A model generated the notes under the pieces. That model saw only the letters and a program-made list of their open reading frames with translations, ran no database searches and was not told the DNA's origin. 64,000 nucleotides of DNA from IMG/VR virus record IMGVR_UViG_3300009506_000013, positions 17,033 to 81,032 of that record, one strand, 5' to 3'. Origin of the DNA: a virus. Of this stretch, positions 16,424 to 27,900 are shown in pieces. The position numbers and the translations under genes are program-made. How positions within the stretch are numbered: position 1 is the first letter of the stretch; every line of letters begins with the position of its first letter.

Positions 16424-17072
16424 TCCTTCTCCTCAAGAATTTGCTCTTCTCTTCATAGAATATACGCTCACGGATGAGCTTCTCTCTCTCGTGCTTTGGC
16501 ATGCTATCGAATACAAACTTTGGCATTCCGGCTACCGGCTTATTTGCATCCACCACTGCCATGCTGGCCTTCCGCTGGGCGTATTGGCGGGCTTGCTCTT
16601 CTAATTGTATTGGGAGTCTATGTTGGCGGGCAAGTTCTTGGATGCGGCGGGCGGATGCTTCCTGATTGGCTAGCTCTTGCTTTCTCTTTTCGGCATCCCC
16701 GTTGTATAGCTCTTGGCTGAGAAATTCCGTATACCGCATTTCAGCCTTCGCTCCGCATAGATGATGGGGGAGCGGGCGATGCCGGCTATATTGAACGAAC
16801 CATAGAAAGTTGTGCTCAACAAAATCCGTCAAACTCCAGCTCCGCATCCTACACAAAGCAATTATCCTCTTCATAGAGGTAAGCTCAGCCTTGGTTGTTC
16901 CTATGCGGATATATGTGGTATGGTAGTGCTTCTTATAAAGGTCAAACAATATCTCTTTAAGGTTTTGAACCTCGAACTCCATGACCCTCTTTTCGATTAT
17001 CTTTAAAAGCTCTTCTGGCTCTGGTGGTACGGGCGGTGTGCGGTTCGGTATCCAGTTCCATAACATAGGCAT
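16392..17072 (-). CDS. hypothetical replication-module protein
   Basis: 226-aa ORF with SD AAGGAG, overlapping the helicase start. Confidence 0.6.
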   Translation of the reverse strand: MPMLWNWIPNRTPPVPPEPEELLKIIEKRVMEFEVQNLKEILFDLYKKHYHTTYIRIGTTKAELTSMKRIIALCRMRSWSLTDFVEHNFLWFVQYSRHRPLPHHLCGAKAEMRYTEFLSQELYNGDAEKRKQELANQEASARRIQELARQHRLPIQLEEQARQYAQRKASMAVVDANKPVAGMPKFVFDSMPKHEREKLIRERIFYEEKSKFLRRRNGHTVHTRHV

Positions 17073-17101
17073 CTCTCCTTATATAACTGAACATTGGTTG
17101 A

Positions 17102-17293
17102 TTAACTTGCTGTGTCATCATGGTGTATCTCTGCACTCCTCCTTTCAAACATTAACTCGGCGTATGTATAGGCTAGACTCACTTGTTGTTTTGGATCTGG
17201 TGTCGGAAAGCCTAACAATATAAGATCCTTTAACAACAGGGTAGCCAGCATATCAACCAAGTCCATAGGAACTTCTTTTTCAGATTTGCTCAC
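17102..17293 (-). CDS. hypothetical protein
   Basis: GTG start with SD AAAGGAG. Confidence 0.45.
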   Translation of the reverse strand: MSKSEKEVPMDLVDMLATLLLKDLILLGFPTPDPKQQVSLAYTYAELMFERRSAEIHHDDTAS

Positions 17294-17580
17294 GCTGTCT
17301 CCTTTGTAGCTAAAAAGACCGTGCTAGCACGGTCTTACGTTGACTCCAGTCAACGTCAAATCACTTGGTGAAAATTTTTGGCGGTTCTTTTTAAATCTCT
17401 AAGCCTTATATCGCTTTTGCTTCGCAAATCCCCAGCGCTTTGGCCCTTTGCTTCGCAAACCCCATTCCTAAATCCCCCCCTACCCCCCCTTAAAGGTTTT
17501 CCCCGTAAGGTACAGCGCTTTCCTTTCTATTAAATCCCTTCGGCGGAAAAAGTAAAGAAGTTTTTTCTGACTTTTTTTAG

Positions 17581-17763
17581 TCACCTCTTCTTCTTCACTA
17601 CTTTGTTGAGTCTTGTACCAAGGGTGTGTACTTGTGACCATGCGCGTTGATTGTCCTGTTCTAAGCGAGATATACGTTTCTTCTGCCTTCGGAGGGTCTT
17701 TTTGAGACCCTCCACAACATCACAATGATCACAATCCTTATTTATACATTCCGCATCAGACAT
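17581..17763 (-). CDS. hypothetical small coiled-coil protein
   Basis: 60-aa ORF continuing the minus-strand operon. Confidence 0.45.
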   Translation of the reverse strand: MSDAECINKDCDHCDVVEGLKKTLRRQKKRISRLEQDNQRAWSQVHTLGTRLNKVVKKKR

Positions 17764-17772
17764 CCAGCATCC

Positions 17773-18228
17773 CTACGCGAATTCATCCTGTACCGTGATA
17801 GCTCCCTCTACAATCACCAAACTATCTGTCTCGCTGGCTGCTACAGGGATTGTAATGGTTTTCTCACGGTAATCCTCAGTCGCTTGCTTTACTTTCGCTC
17901 TACAAGTGATTACACCATCTCCTAATACGCCTGTACACTTCGCCAGACAGGATAAACCATCCGCCGCAGGTTCCAGCTGAAATATAGCAGCGGTTGTCGT
18001 GGACCATTCCGGAATACCATACACCTGACTGGGATTGCCTCTTTTATTCCGGCCCTCTACTGCTAACTGTATCTGTTGGACGTCATTCAATACTGCCATA
18101 GCTTCAATCTCCCCTTCTATGACTATATAGTCATCAATTACTGCTTTTGTGAATATGATAGATTCGGTGTGATCCGATCCACCAACCAGCTCCTCTACAA
18201 CACTCTTTACTTTAGAGGCCATCGACAT
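17773..18228 (-). CDS. hypothetical protein (beta-rich)
   Basis: 151-aa ORF in the operon. Confidence 0.55.
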   Translation of the reverse strand: MSMASKVKSVVEELVGGSDHTESIIFTKAVIDDYIVIEGEIEAMAVLNDVQQIQLAVEGRNKRGNPSQVYGIPEWSTTTAAIFQLEPAADGLSCLAKCTGVLGDGVITCRAKVKQATEDYREKTITIPVAASETDSLVIVEGAITVQDEFA

Positions 18229-18832
18229 AGAATGTCCCGTTCGTGGTCAGCTCTTCCCCGTCTGCAGAAGTAATTGACCAGATGTACTCATAGTATGCCA
18301 ATTCATCCATAGGTAAATCATAGATGACGGCTCGATGCATAAGGCCCACGGGCGTGGGCGATGCAATGATAGTCTTCCAAGGTTCGCCTTCCACTCCCAT
18401 CTTCCTGTAGCGGACATAGGCCGAAGCGGGCTTATTGGTCATGGCCAATAGCGTGGCCCCGTACCAATCGACTGACACCGGGTGCGATGTTATCTCGAAT
18501 ATAACTGGCTCTGGGGGAGGCTCTTCGCTGTCAATAAAGGCAGACACTTCATTAGAGTATCCACTTTCCGTATCAGGATCATAAGCCGTCACCGCAAAGA
18601 AATAAGTACCAGGCTCCAGCGCTACAACGGTCCATGTAGTTTGGTTCCCGGCATCTTGAGCGTGTTCATAATTCCGGCTAGACGGTCCCCAATAGACTTT
18701 GTACCCGGTCACAGTAGATGTAACACTTGGATTCCAAGCCAGACTTACCTCAGCACAGTCTCCACATCGCACCGCTAAACTAAGCAGGACAATCAAAAGA
18801 AACGCAATCAGGTTCTTTCTTCCTCTACTCAT
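18212..18832 (-). CDS. secreted fibronectin type III domain protein
   Basis: Hydrophobic signal peptide; VSLAWNPS...GYKVYWG...LEPGTYFFAVTAYD...ESGYSNEV. Confidence 0.75.
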   Translation of the reverse strand: MSRGRKNLIAFLLIVLLSLAVRCGDCAEVSLAWNPSVTSTVTGYKVYWGPSSRNYEHAQDAGNQTTWTVVALEPGTYFFAVTAYDPDTESGYSNEVSAFIDSEEPPPEPVIFEITSHPVSVDWYGATLLAMTNKPASAYVRYRKMGVEGEPWKTIIASPTPVGLMHRAVIYDLPMDELAYYEYIWSITSADGEELTTNGTFYVDGL

Positions 18833-19424
18833 TAGCCTTCCCTCCTGGTACCAGTTCCTTCACCTTATCCATCAAACCTTTGGTCTTTTGCCTGGACCCA
18901 TCGGAGGAGCCAAACCAGAAGGTAAAAATCTGCGCAACTACATTCGTCAAGACGCCAACCAATGTACTAATCATCCCAACAAATATCATCAGCACTGGAG
19001 TGGATTCTTTCGGGAGCCACGCCTTCATAACCGCCAGCAATAATACTGTAAACATCAGGAAGTAACCACTGATGCCAACATAGGAAAGAATCTGCTGTGG
19101 ATACTTATCCACACTAAATAGCTTGCGGGCGGAGTCCCGATCCTTGAAACGGATCTCCTCCAAGTCCACTCCCTGCTCGCCCAGTTCCACAGCCAGGTCT
19201 ACATCCATCTTCTTCATCGCCACTACATCCGCCGGAGTCATATTTGTAATTGCGGTTTCGATCTCCTGTGGGCTTCCATCTTCCTTTCCCAATAGAACAT
19301 TAGACACCGACTTCATAGCCATCCCGGCCAAAGGTGTGCCCAATGCGGAAGCAGCAGTTGGAGCCACTACATTCAAGGCTATCCCTGCCGCAGTCTTTCC
19401 AAATTCCTTCCAATTAAATCCCAT
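18825..19424 (-). CDS. holin (3TM-holin-like)
   Basis: APTAASALGTPLAG N-terminus, RDSAR, two long TM helices, FWFGSS; lysis-module position. Confidence 0.65.
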   Translation of the reverse strand: MGFNWKEFGKTAAGIALNVVAPTAASALGTPLAGMAMKSVSNVLLGKEDGSPQEIETAITNMTPADVVAMKKMDVDLAVELGEQGVDLEEIRFKDRDSARKLFSVDKYPQQILSYVGISGYFLMFTVLLLAVMKAWLPKESTPVLMIFVGMISTLVGVLTNVVAQIFTFWFGSSDGSRQKTKGLMDKVKELVPGGKANE

Positions 19425-19434
19425 AACAAACCTC

Positions 19435-19848
19435 CTATCCTTCCATCAAGAGATAGAACTCATCCACACCGGTCAAATAACTCATAAACTGATTAAATGC
19501 TTTTTTACTTTGAATTATTCCTGGCTGTCCGAGAACAGGATCGAAAGATTCTCCTATGCCTACACACCCTTCTGATTGATCTTCAATATTCAATATATGA
19601 AATAAGATTCTGGTATGCCCATCGACATGAATCTCGAATGTCTCATATCCGCCTTTATTATACATTGTACGAGTGCACTTGTGAATGCCGGGCGTGATCT
19701 TGGAGGCTTGAGCAAGGCCAATACCATAGGTCCGCTCTAAAGTCACCGCAATAGGAAGCCATTCATCATCATCATTCCGGACCATCAAACCTCCATAGGC
19801 TCCAGTAGAGATAACTGACAGATGTTTTAGCTTAACCAATGTATGCAT
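19435..19848 (-). CDS. DUF5675-family putative endolysin
   Basis: VTLE, ITPG, RILFHILN...SEGCVGIG motifs; next to the holin; start at ATG 19848 with SD GGAGGG. Confidence 0.65.
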   Translation of the reverse strand: MHTLVKLKHLSVISTGAYGGLMVRNDDDEWLPIAVTLERTYGIGLAQASKITPGIHKCTRTMYNKGGYETFEIHVDGHTRILFHILNIEDQSEGCVGIGESFDPVLGQPGIIQSKKAFNQFMSYLTGVDEFYLLMEG

Positions 19849-19850
19849 GA

Positions 19851-20249
19851 CTATCCCTCCAAAAGAACTGAAGCGTGGGTTCCTAGCAAGAAGACCAGCA
19901 TCATAATAATTCCTATTGCGGCCCAACGGGCAATAGGAATCCAGAAATTCAGCTTCCATTGGTCCGCGCAAGTCCGGGCTTTTTCAGAAGCATTAACGTG
20001 AATAGTAAAACTTTCCTCCAGCTCCGCAACCTTTCCCTTCATAGCACAAACGAATGGATGCTTTTCAGCCTCTATCATTCTATGGCTAAGATCCTCGACG
20101 TGACCATTCTGTTTGGATAGGTTCTCAGCCATCAGTTTCACTTGAGCAGATAGAATACCAACATTAGTAGTCAATATCCCAAGTGCATCCGACATCTTCA
20201 GCTTGAAGTCACCCAACTCTGTGGTCAGGTTTTGTACTGGATCAGACAT
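19851..20249 (-). CDS. coiled-coil membrane protein (lysis module)
   Basis: Coiled coil plus one C-terminal TM segment. Confidence 0.55.
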   Translation of the reverse strand: MSDPVQNLTTELGDFKLKMSDALGILTTNVGILSAQVKLMAENLSKQNGHVEDLSHRMIEAEKHPFVCAMKGKVAELEESFTIHVNASEKARTCADQWKLNFWIPIARWAAIGIIMMLVFLLGTHASVLLEG

Positions 20250-20266
20250 TTAACTCTCCTCCTTAA

Positions 20267-20764
20267 TTATACAGGCGGCTCAGGCGGATTCACCACAGGT
20301 TTCCGGATCTTCAGCGGCTCTTTCCAGCCCCCGGTTAAATCTGGCTGGAAATCGTAGTTTCTCCATTGAGTCTTATCAGAAACCCAAGCCATCTTTGCGC
20401 ACGTTCGGAACGCAGGAATTTCATCAATTAACATTTGCTTTGCTATATCTATCGTTGGTGGTCCATTCTCCAGATCATACTCTTGCCAGATTTGCTGGGT
20501 ATGCTTATCTCTCAAGAATAAATACGGAACATTTTTGAAGTTGGGATTCTTTTTATACTTGCCATCTGAAGCCTTTGTTCCACCCAATGAAAACTCCACA
20601 TAACACCGGCCTTCATTCCTATTCCATAAAATACGCTCAATCTCAATTTCTTCCGATGCAATTTCTTCTCCGGTATCAGGATCATAAAATGCCGGTATAT
20701 TTTCTACACCGTCTACTGTACCGGTGCCTTGATTAATCTTGGCTTTTTGAATTTTTAACTTCAT
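20267..20764 (-). CDS. hypothetical protein
   Basis: 165-aa ORF with SD AGGAG. Confidence 0.6.
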   Translation of the reverse strand: MKLKIQKAKINQGTGTVDGVENIPAFYDPDTGEEIASEEIEIERILWNRNEGRCYVEFSLGGTKASDGKYKKNPNFKNVPYLFLRDKHTQQIWQEYDLENGPPTIDIAKQMLIDEIPAFRTCAKMAWVSDKTQWRNYDFQPDLTGGWKEPLKIRKPVVNPPEPPV

Positions 20765-20773
20765 AATTCACTC

Positions 20774-23700
20774 CTATAGAAAATATGCCATTACAGTAAT
20801 TATAAATGATCTCGAAGAACCGCATGAACACTGAGCCCGTCTACTACTATCCAACCCTATAACCCCGGTAACACCGATTGCAGCGGATGTGCAATATCCT
20901 CTGATAGAATTATATCCGCCTTGCCCATATTCATAAATGTTATATAACGGAGTCCCTGTACCACTACCAATTATGCAACTCAATGACGCTTTATTATACC
21001 CTGCCGGAACTATACTACTTAAATCCACAGTCACCGGCGTACTACTTACAGCACCATTCGCCCAATCACCTGAAGCGGAAGATCCCAGCGCAACCCCGAC
21101 TGCCGCCTCAGTCATGTGGCGTAAAATAATTTCAGCATCATTAATTGCCGCCTCTAATACAGCAAGATCATTTATTGATGTGCTAACAACCTTATCAGCA
21201 TTTACATTCCCATCCGCCGCTGCGACGGTATACAGCATTACCTGACCGACTTCATCGAATACTTCTACTCGTACACAATCAATCTCCGCCTCATTTGCGG
21301 CTACTGCATCATTATAATTGAGAATAAAAATCGGAAGCAAATAACGTGTATTTGTTACTGCAGTCTGTGGATTGGTCGGATCATCAAGCTCAGTGCCGCC
21401 AACTCCCGTACCTTCCCCAGACATATAACCAACAACATCAGTCCACGTGTCTATCGTCCACCCGTACATATCCAACGCACTAACCGGATACCTGGAACCC
21501 AAGCTATTATAATTGGAATCAACACATAGGAAACCGACATAAATTTTCTGGTTTCCGCTTGCACCTGTAACCGTTCTTTTCGCCTTTGCAGAGATCCTAT
21601 AAAGCCAATTCTTATTATATGGAATATAAAATCCGGCTAAATATCGGCCTACACAACCCGCGCAACTAATCACATACTTGCCTGTCACCCCTCCTGTGGT
21701 TCTTGTAGGTGTGCCATTATATGTGGAATATTGTACCCAATAGGAAAGTACATTTGGATTTTCAAAGGATTCTACAAATAATGTCTGACCGGGAATCTTT
21801 GCATAGTCAATTTGTTCCAATGGCACATCAGTCAGTGTGCCGTCACTATTCAAACTAGCATCTGTCTTATCTACTGAAGAATTGACCTGAGAGGCCGTAT
21901 CCGTTCCCACATTGGATGTATTATTGGAGGTGTTGTCCCCTGTTACATCCGCATTATCATCTGGCTTTCCAGTTCCCGTTACACCATCCCAAGTAGACGT
22001 TAGTGCTGATGCGTCCGCTATAGACTTGGCCAGATCAGATACCTTATTTAGCAATGCCGTCCGCGCATCATAGTAATCAGTAAACTTGCCGCGAAATGTT
22101 GAACTTGCGATAGTAGTGGTAGTGCTAAGCTGGGCATCCGATATCCACAGCGGTATACCGCTTGACCATGTTCCGTTGTTTAGATAGTCTGCCAAGGCTT
22201 GGAAGGCATTATCGTATGCGATCTTTTCTGTAGTAATACTATAAGCTGTAGCCAGCGAATCTAGGCCACTAACTTCTGCCGCAATCCCTTCCCATTCCCG
22301 GCGCACCGACAGCTTCTCCACAGGCGTGAACTTGCTATCTGCGGCAATGTCTGCTAATAGAGCATTTGCAGCATCAGCATCATCTTGAGCATCAGAAGCG
22401 GCTTGACTTGCGGCACTCGCAGCGGCACTCGCAGCAGCGGCATCATCTGCCGCATCAGCAGCATCTTGTGCGGCGGCGGCGGCATTGTTAATTGCAGTAG
22501 AAGCGGTGGCGGCGGCTGAGTCTACTGCATTGTCAATAACTTCTGCGATCTTGTTCCGGAGTGCTTCGCGGGTATCATAATAGGCCTTCCATTTATTCCG
22601 GAATGTTTCAGCGACAATCGTGGTGGTAGTGTCTAGCTGGGCATCCGATATCCACAGCGGAACATCCATTACAATCATCTCGTCAGACTTTGACCCCTCC
22701 TCTGCTCCAGTATCATATGCACTAATTGCCGCATAATATATGCCTGCGGAAGTGAACTGGTGCGTATAGGAAGTAACATTGCCTACATCTATGGGGGAGC
22801 CATAACTGCCGGGTGATGTCCCGATGTACAGATAGTAACCATCCAAATCCGGTTCAGTATTTGGCAGCCATACAAAGTCTACATATGTTCCTGCCGCAAT
22901 TTGCCCTGTCCACACTCCGTTGTTTAGATAGTCTGCGAGTGCTTGGAAGGCAGCATCCATTGCATTCTTCTCATCCGTTATCCCATAGGATGATGCCTCT
23001 GCATTCAGCCGATACCATTCCTGTATGATCTTTTCCCACTCCTTGCGGGCCGCCAACTTCTCTACTGGAGTGAACTTCGCATCAGATGCGATGTCTGATA
23101 ACAAGGCGTTCGCGGCGGCTACATCCCCATATACCGTGGCAGAATCACTCGATCTATACAAACGGGTGAGCGTTCCGCCATCATTATAGCCTATGACATA
23201 ATAACTTGAAGAGGGAAGAGAAGAGCTGGTACCGAAGACATCAGGGTTGGCTGGATCCCAATATATCCAGGCACTATTGGTGTTCCCGTCTGTTATGGCA
23301 TATCGGACATCTTTGTAGACTACAACAACCCCGGTCCACGATACATACCCAGCAGAAGGGTCATCATCCGCAAACCCCGTCGCCCCTTCAATCACCTCGA
23401 ACTGTGGCGGGCTGTCGACAACCTTGGGAGTGTAAGACTCCGTGGAGGTTCCCCACTCCGTTCCAACTACCGCTGAACATAACAGCGTCATCTCGTGTCT
23501 ATCGTTGTCGTATATCCTATGGGCGATTTGCTCCACAAAATAATCGCCGCTCAACCCGTCTTCCGTCACCACAGTGATTCTATCAGATATGTCCCGCGTC
23601 TGTGCTTCGGCCAAGTGGGCAGCGGCGGCATTACAGTCCAGCGTTATCATCAAAGCATTTCGAGGCTCTTTATACACGGACAAATAGTAGTCACAGAAGG

Positions 23701-24925
23701 CCTGAGCCTCTGCTTGGGAAGAGATGAACTTGGCCGGTATTCTCCAGTCATTCTTCCCGTGGTCGCTGATGCTGGTATCATCCTTCGCATATACCTGTAA
23801 AGCGTCACCCTCTATCACAGTCTGACCCAACGCTTTCAGCACGATTATGTAGGCCGCAGTTCCCCCGGTATTCTCCAGCTCCAAGACCAGCTTGGTATCA
23901 TATTCTGTCGAGGTAATGTCGATGTTACTGGTCAGGTCCGAACCGCTCCCGATGGCATTCGAGTTTGCTTCCAGAGTAATCGTGCCCCAATCCGCAACAG
24001 CAAGATCCCGGCCCTCTGGTGGATATGGAATCTCCACTATGATGGTTTCGCTTGCCCCAATCTGGAATGCCTCTCCGGTGTTCCCGTTCGCATCCCATAT
24101 ATCTACAATAGACTTGAGCTGTTTGGTTGCGCTCAGGTTGTAGGTCTTGACGCGGGCCTCGATGTAGTTGTACATCTCATCATCAGTATCAACAGGCACA
24201 ATCTTTTTATAGCGGATGGTCCCGGCCAAAGCATTGGTATATGTGGCCTGACTTACTGTGTGAGGAGAGTTGAACCTGTGATCGCGGGCTTCAAATACAA
24301 TCTTACCATCCTTTCCCTCACGGAGGAAACCACCTTCTGACTCTTCGATATCCCGCAAGACTTGAAGACCGTCCAGTTGTCCTCCGGCCCAGAACCTTGG
24401 CCATGTACTCTTTCCAGTATCCACCAACCGATCACCAGCGGGCCAGCTTATTGCATCAAGTACAACTCCAACCGCCGCGCCGGATGCTATATTTGTTTGC
24501 ATTGCTACGCTAATATTCTTGTTTTTCTTTACTGTGTACAGCGCTCCTCTGGCCGTTATAACAACCCGGTAGTCATTCCGCGTAGAGCCAAACTCTGTAG
24601 GTATCGCACTCAGCCTTCCCGCAAACATCACTACTTCGCCGCCACCACTTATCTCCATCGTGATCTTGATCCGGCGATCTCGCTTAATGTTCCCGTATAG
24701 CGGGCCACTGCTGTTAAACCTGGAGAAGCGGAGATCAGAGTTGTTCAGGGAAAGGGTCAGCTTCCCGGCAACACTCTTGCTTACAAGGCCAGAACTTCCT
24801 TCCCGGCCTCTCGTGAATGTTATCTCGCCGTGGATATAGGAGGAGACATCATCATATGTACCATCGTACAAGCCGGAGTTTGTCCAGTCGATGTATACCT
24901 TATAATCGCCCCATACTTGACTCAT
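20774..24925 (-). CDS. tail tip/host-specificity protein with internal duplication and FN3 insert
   Basis: Follows the tape measure; N-terminal hub-like region, duplicated helical repeat, FN3, Ala-rich coil, carbohydrate-binding-like C-terminus. Confidence 0.75.
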   Translation of the reverse strand: MSQVWGDYKVYIDWTNSGLYDGTYDDVSSYIHGEITFTRGREGSSGLVSKSVAGKLTLSLNNSDLRFSRFNSSGPLYGNIKRDRRIKITMEISGGGEVVMFAGRLSAIPTEFGSTRNDYRVVITARGALYTVKKNKNISVAMQTNIASGAAVGVVLDAISWPAGDRLVDTGKSTWPRFWAGGQLDGLQVLRDIEESEGGFLREGKDGKIVFEARDHRFNSPHTVSQATYTNALAGTIRYKKIVPVDTDDEMYNYIEARVKTYNLSATKQLKSIVDIWDANGNTGEAFQIGASETIIVEIPYPPEGRDLAVADWGTITLEANSNAIGSGSDLTSNIDITSTEYDTKLVLELENTGGTAAYIIVLKALGQTVIEGDALQVYAKDDTSISDHGKNDWRIPAKFISSQAEAQAFCDYYLSVYKEPRNALMITLDCNAAAAHLAEAQTRDISDRITVVTEDGLSGDYFVEQIAHRIYDNDRHEMTLLCSAVVGTEWGTSTESYTPKVVDSPPQFEVIEGATGFADDDPSAGYVSWTGVVVVYKDVRYAITDGNTNSAWIYWDPANPDVFGTSSSLPSSSYYVIGYNDGGTLTRLYRSSDSATVYGDVAAANALLSDIASDAKFTPVEKLAARKEWEKIIQEWYRLNAEASSYGITDEKNAMDAAFQALADYLNNGVWTGQIAAGTYVDFVWLPNTEPDLDGYYLYIGTSPGSYGSPIDVGNVTSYTHQFTSAGIYYAAISAYDTGAEEGSKSDEMIVMDVPLWISDAQLDTTTTIVAETFRNKWKAYYDTREALRNKIAEVIDNAVDSAAATASTAINNAAAAAQDAADAADDAAAASAAASAASQAASDAQDDADAANALLADIAADSKFTPVEKLSVRREWEGIAAEVSGLDSLATAYSITTEKIAYDNAFQALADYLNNGTWSSGIPLWISDAQLSTTTTIASSTFRGKFTDYYDARTALLNKVSDLAKSIADASALTSTWDGVTGTGKPDDNADVTGDNTSNNTSNVGTDTASQVNSSVDKTDASLNSDGTLTDVPLEQIDYAKIPGQTLFVESFENPNVLSYWVQYSTYNGTPTRTTGGVTGKYVISCAGCVGRYLAGFYIPYNKNWLYRISAKAKRTVTGASGNQKIYVGFLCVDSNYNSLGSRYPVSALDMYGWTIDTWTDVVGYMSGEGTGVGGTELDDPTNPQTAVTNTRYLLPIFILNYNDAVAANEAEIDCVRVEVFDEVGQVMLYTVAAADGNVNADKVVSTSINDLAVLEAAINDAEIILRHMTEAAVGVALGSSASGDWANGAVSSTPVTVDLSSIVPAGYNKASLSCIIGSGTGTPLYNIYEYGQGGYNSIRGYCTSAAIGVTGVIGLDSSRRAQCSCGSSRSFIITVMAYFL

Positions 24926-27900
24926 GGTTGCTGTAATATCCCGTTAAAGCTCCCACCAGCAGTAGCCTCTTTGATGACCCTATAAATCATGGTCTCTAGG
25001 TCAGTGGAGCTGTATATGTTCCCGTTATTCTCCAGAACAGCATTTAAGATAATTGATTCCGGACCTGTTGGATTGGTTGGGTAGTCTGCCGGATTGGTGG
25101 AGGCGGGCGTGGTTTGCTCTGGTGTAGCTTCTGCTACCGCCGCCAGCGGACTACCGAATACAATCGCATCGTTCATCTCTTTGATCTTTTCGAGGATGAG
25201 ATCAATCTGCTCCACGGCGGCTTCCCGCGCCGTCACAAACGCGGCGGCAATATTATCAGACACCAATGTAAATTGACTCTCGATGGTAGCCGTTATCTCG
25301 TCAGCGCGGGATTGAAGCTGGGTCTGAGCCTCGTCGATATAGTCCATGACCCCTTCCTTCTCTGCTAAATACGCAGCCTCCATAGCTTCTTTGGTTTTCT
25401 CCAGAAGAGCAGAGGTGATGGTATTGAAGCCGGCATCAAGTCTTTCCACGGCCAACTTGCCCTCTTCACCACCATAGGTTGTTAGCATATCCCGAACCAT
25501 CTGGCCTTCGGTCCCTACAAGTGTTCCGGACCTTTGGAATGTACTCACTGCGCTCTCCCAGCTCTTCATTCCGCCCACCAGCTTCGCAATACCTTCGAAC
25601 ACCTTCGGGTCAAATCCCTCTGAGAAGAGCTTATCCATCACGCCCTGATCCCAAAGGCCCGTCATCACATCTTGTAGTCCGGTAGTCTCAGCTACAAAGG
25701 CATTCATGGAGTCACGGAACTCATTGAGGCTAGCGATGGTCTGATTCATCCCCTTCAGGTCTGTAGCTCCTTCAACAGTTTCGCCAAAGTCTTGCATAAT
25801 CTGGTTGAGGTCAGGTAGGATCTCGCCTGTCTGCCGGAAGTGGTCCACGAGCTGTCCGAAATAGTTGTTGGTCCGGATTAATGAGGCAGACTCCTCCAAG
25901 GCCTCTACTTCCCCACCCAGCTCCTTCACCTTCTCGCGGAAGGCATCCGTCACTTTGCCTTGGTTTATAAACAGTTCAATCATCCCGTTCCCGGCAACCT
26001 GGAAATTCTCCAACCCGGCCTTTATAGTCTGAAATCCGTATGCGATTGTATCCAGCTCTGCCAACTCTGCGGCATTATTCTTCATACTCTCCAGCACCGC
26101 ATCCACTTCGGCCAGCTTCCCGGCAAAATATTCGGAACTATCTGCATAGGACTCCAACTGATCCCGGTTCTCTTCTATATAGGTAGTGAACTCTTCGCTG
26201 GCGCGGCCCGCTTCTTTCATAGCGTCGTAGTATTCCATGAACCCTTGAGCCGTTTCCAGCGCTGTGCTCCCGCCCATCTTCATAGCTTCGGCAATGTCTG
26301 GGAACGTCTTTGCCAGTTCCTTCCCCAATCCCGAAGTTTCATACCATACCTTGTTCAGCGCTTCCCAATCCCCGGTCAGCATCCCCTCCTCTACAGCACT
26401 TCTAAAGTCCTGCCCCCAGCTCAAATGGCCTGTCTTCGCCATACTAGGTTCCAGCCGTTGTAATAGTTGTTCCAGTTGCCCTTGAGATTGGGCCAATGGT
26501 ATCAGCTGTTCTGCGATGAACCTGGGGGAGCGGATCGCTTCTGCCCGGTGGCCATATAGTTGTGATTCGCTCCAGCCGTATTGTTGCATGGCGGCGGTGA
26601 ATTGCTCTTGGCTCATTTGAAGGCCTGCATCCCGGCCCACCTCCATATAGCCCGCTTCCCAAGCATTCTTCCCGTTGATTGCTTGGATACCTTTTATCAT
26701 CGCACCTGCGGTGGCCCCGACTGCCGCACCTATGGCAGTTCCTATCCCAGGCAGGATCATAGTTCCTATGCCCATTCCAGTAAGAGCGCCACCACCAATC
26801 GACTTACCCCAACCTGCGGCCCCTCCTTGGCGGATACCCTGGGAAAGTAGACTTGCCCCCAATCCAGTTTCCAAGCCAACTACGCCACCAAAACTACCAC
26901 CCAAAGACCGTCCCAACATATAGCCGCCCGCGCCGCCTTGAAGAACTCCACCCCAACCATTCGAGCGCATCCCGTTCGCCGCCAACAATGCTCCCCCGGC
27001 GAACATGGCACCTCCAGCAATACCTGAATCTCCTCCAAGGCCCGGTATCATTCCGGCCAACGATCCTGAAGCCCTCTTCTGAAGAGCGCCAGTAAGGCTC
27101 TTCATCAGGTTGCCCAAGGCCTCTTTGAACGGGTCAAAGAAACTCTCCAACAAGATCCGGAAAGCCATCCGGCCAAACTCTTCCAGCGTATCCAATATCA
27201 TCTGTGTTCCGCTCTTTGCGCGGAATACAATGTCTGTAATACCTTGGCTCCAATCCGTCACGATAGTGCTGACCTGATTCTCCCATACCTTGGTTGTTTC
27301 CTTTGCGGTATCCTTGGTGAAATCCTTGATCTTTTCATCCATCTCCTTAATATCCACAGGAAGGTTCGTGTACAACTTCTTTAGTGTCTCGATGTACTTC
27401 TCCCAAGCCGGTAACATCTCGTGTTTCAGAACTGTATTGTTCCCGTCCATGATCTCCTTGAGCTTTGCGGCGTACTCTTCCGGCCACTGACCATTCTCAT
27501 CGCGCAAACTCGCATAGTAGTTCATCCAGACAGGCAACATTCTCTCGCGGACATTTACATCTGTATCAAAAGCCATTTCCTCCAGAGTCTTCCGTATATC
27601 CTCCGGTACAGTCCGATTCTGTTTAATATACTCCGACATAAGGTTTGTTAAGCCGTCTGACATGGTCCGTACACTTTGCATTCCGTCTTTCTGGAGGAAA
27701 CGGAAGGCCTCTTCCATTTCCTTTATGTTCTGGCCACTAGACACGCCTAATCGGGCATACATCGTGGCGAGCTTTCCGGTGTAGTCGATGCTCTTCTGAA
27801 ATTCACCGTTCTGTTCTCTGAGGTTGCCCTTATTCTTGGTTATAATCGCATCATATTTTGTAAGCCAAGCCATAGCGAATTTGTACCCGTCCGAAAGGTT

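Noticed and set aside
20774-24925. Internal nucleotide duplications in the tail gene as a diversity-generating retroelement
   Set aside because: No reverse transcriptase in the window, and the differences are not adenine-specific; ordinary domain duplication explains them.
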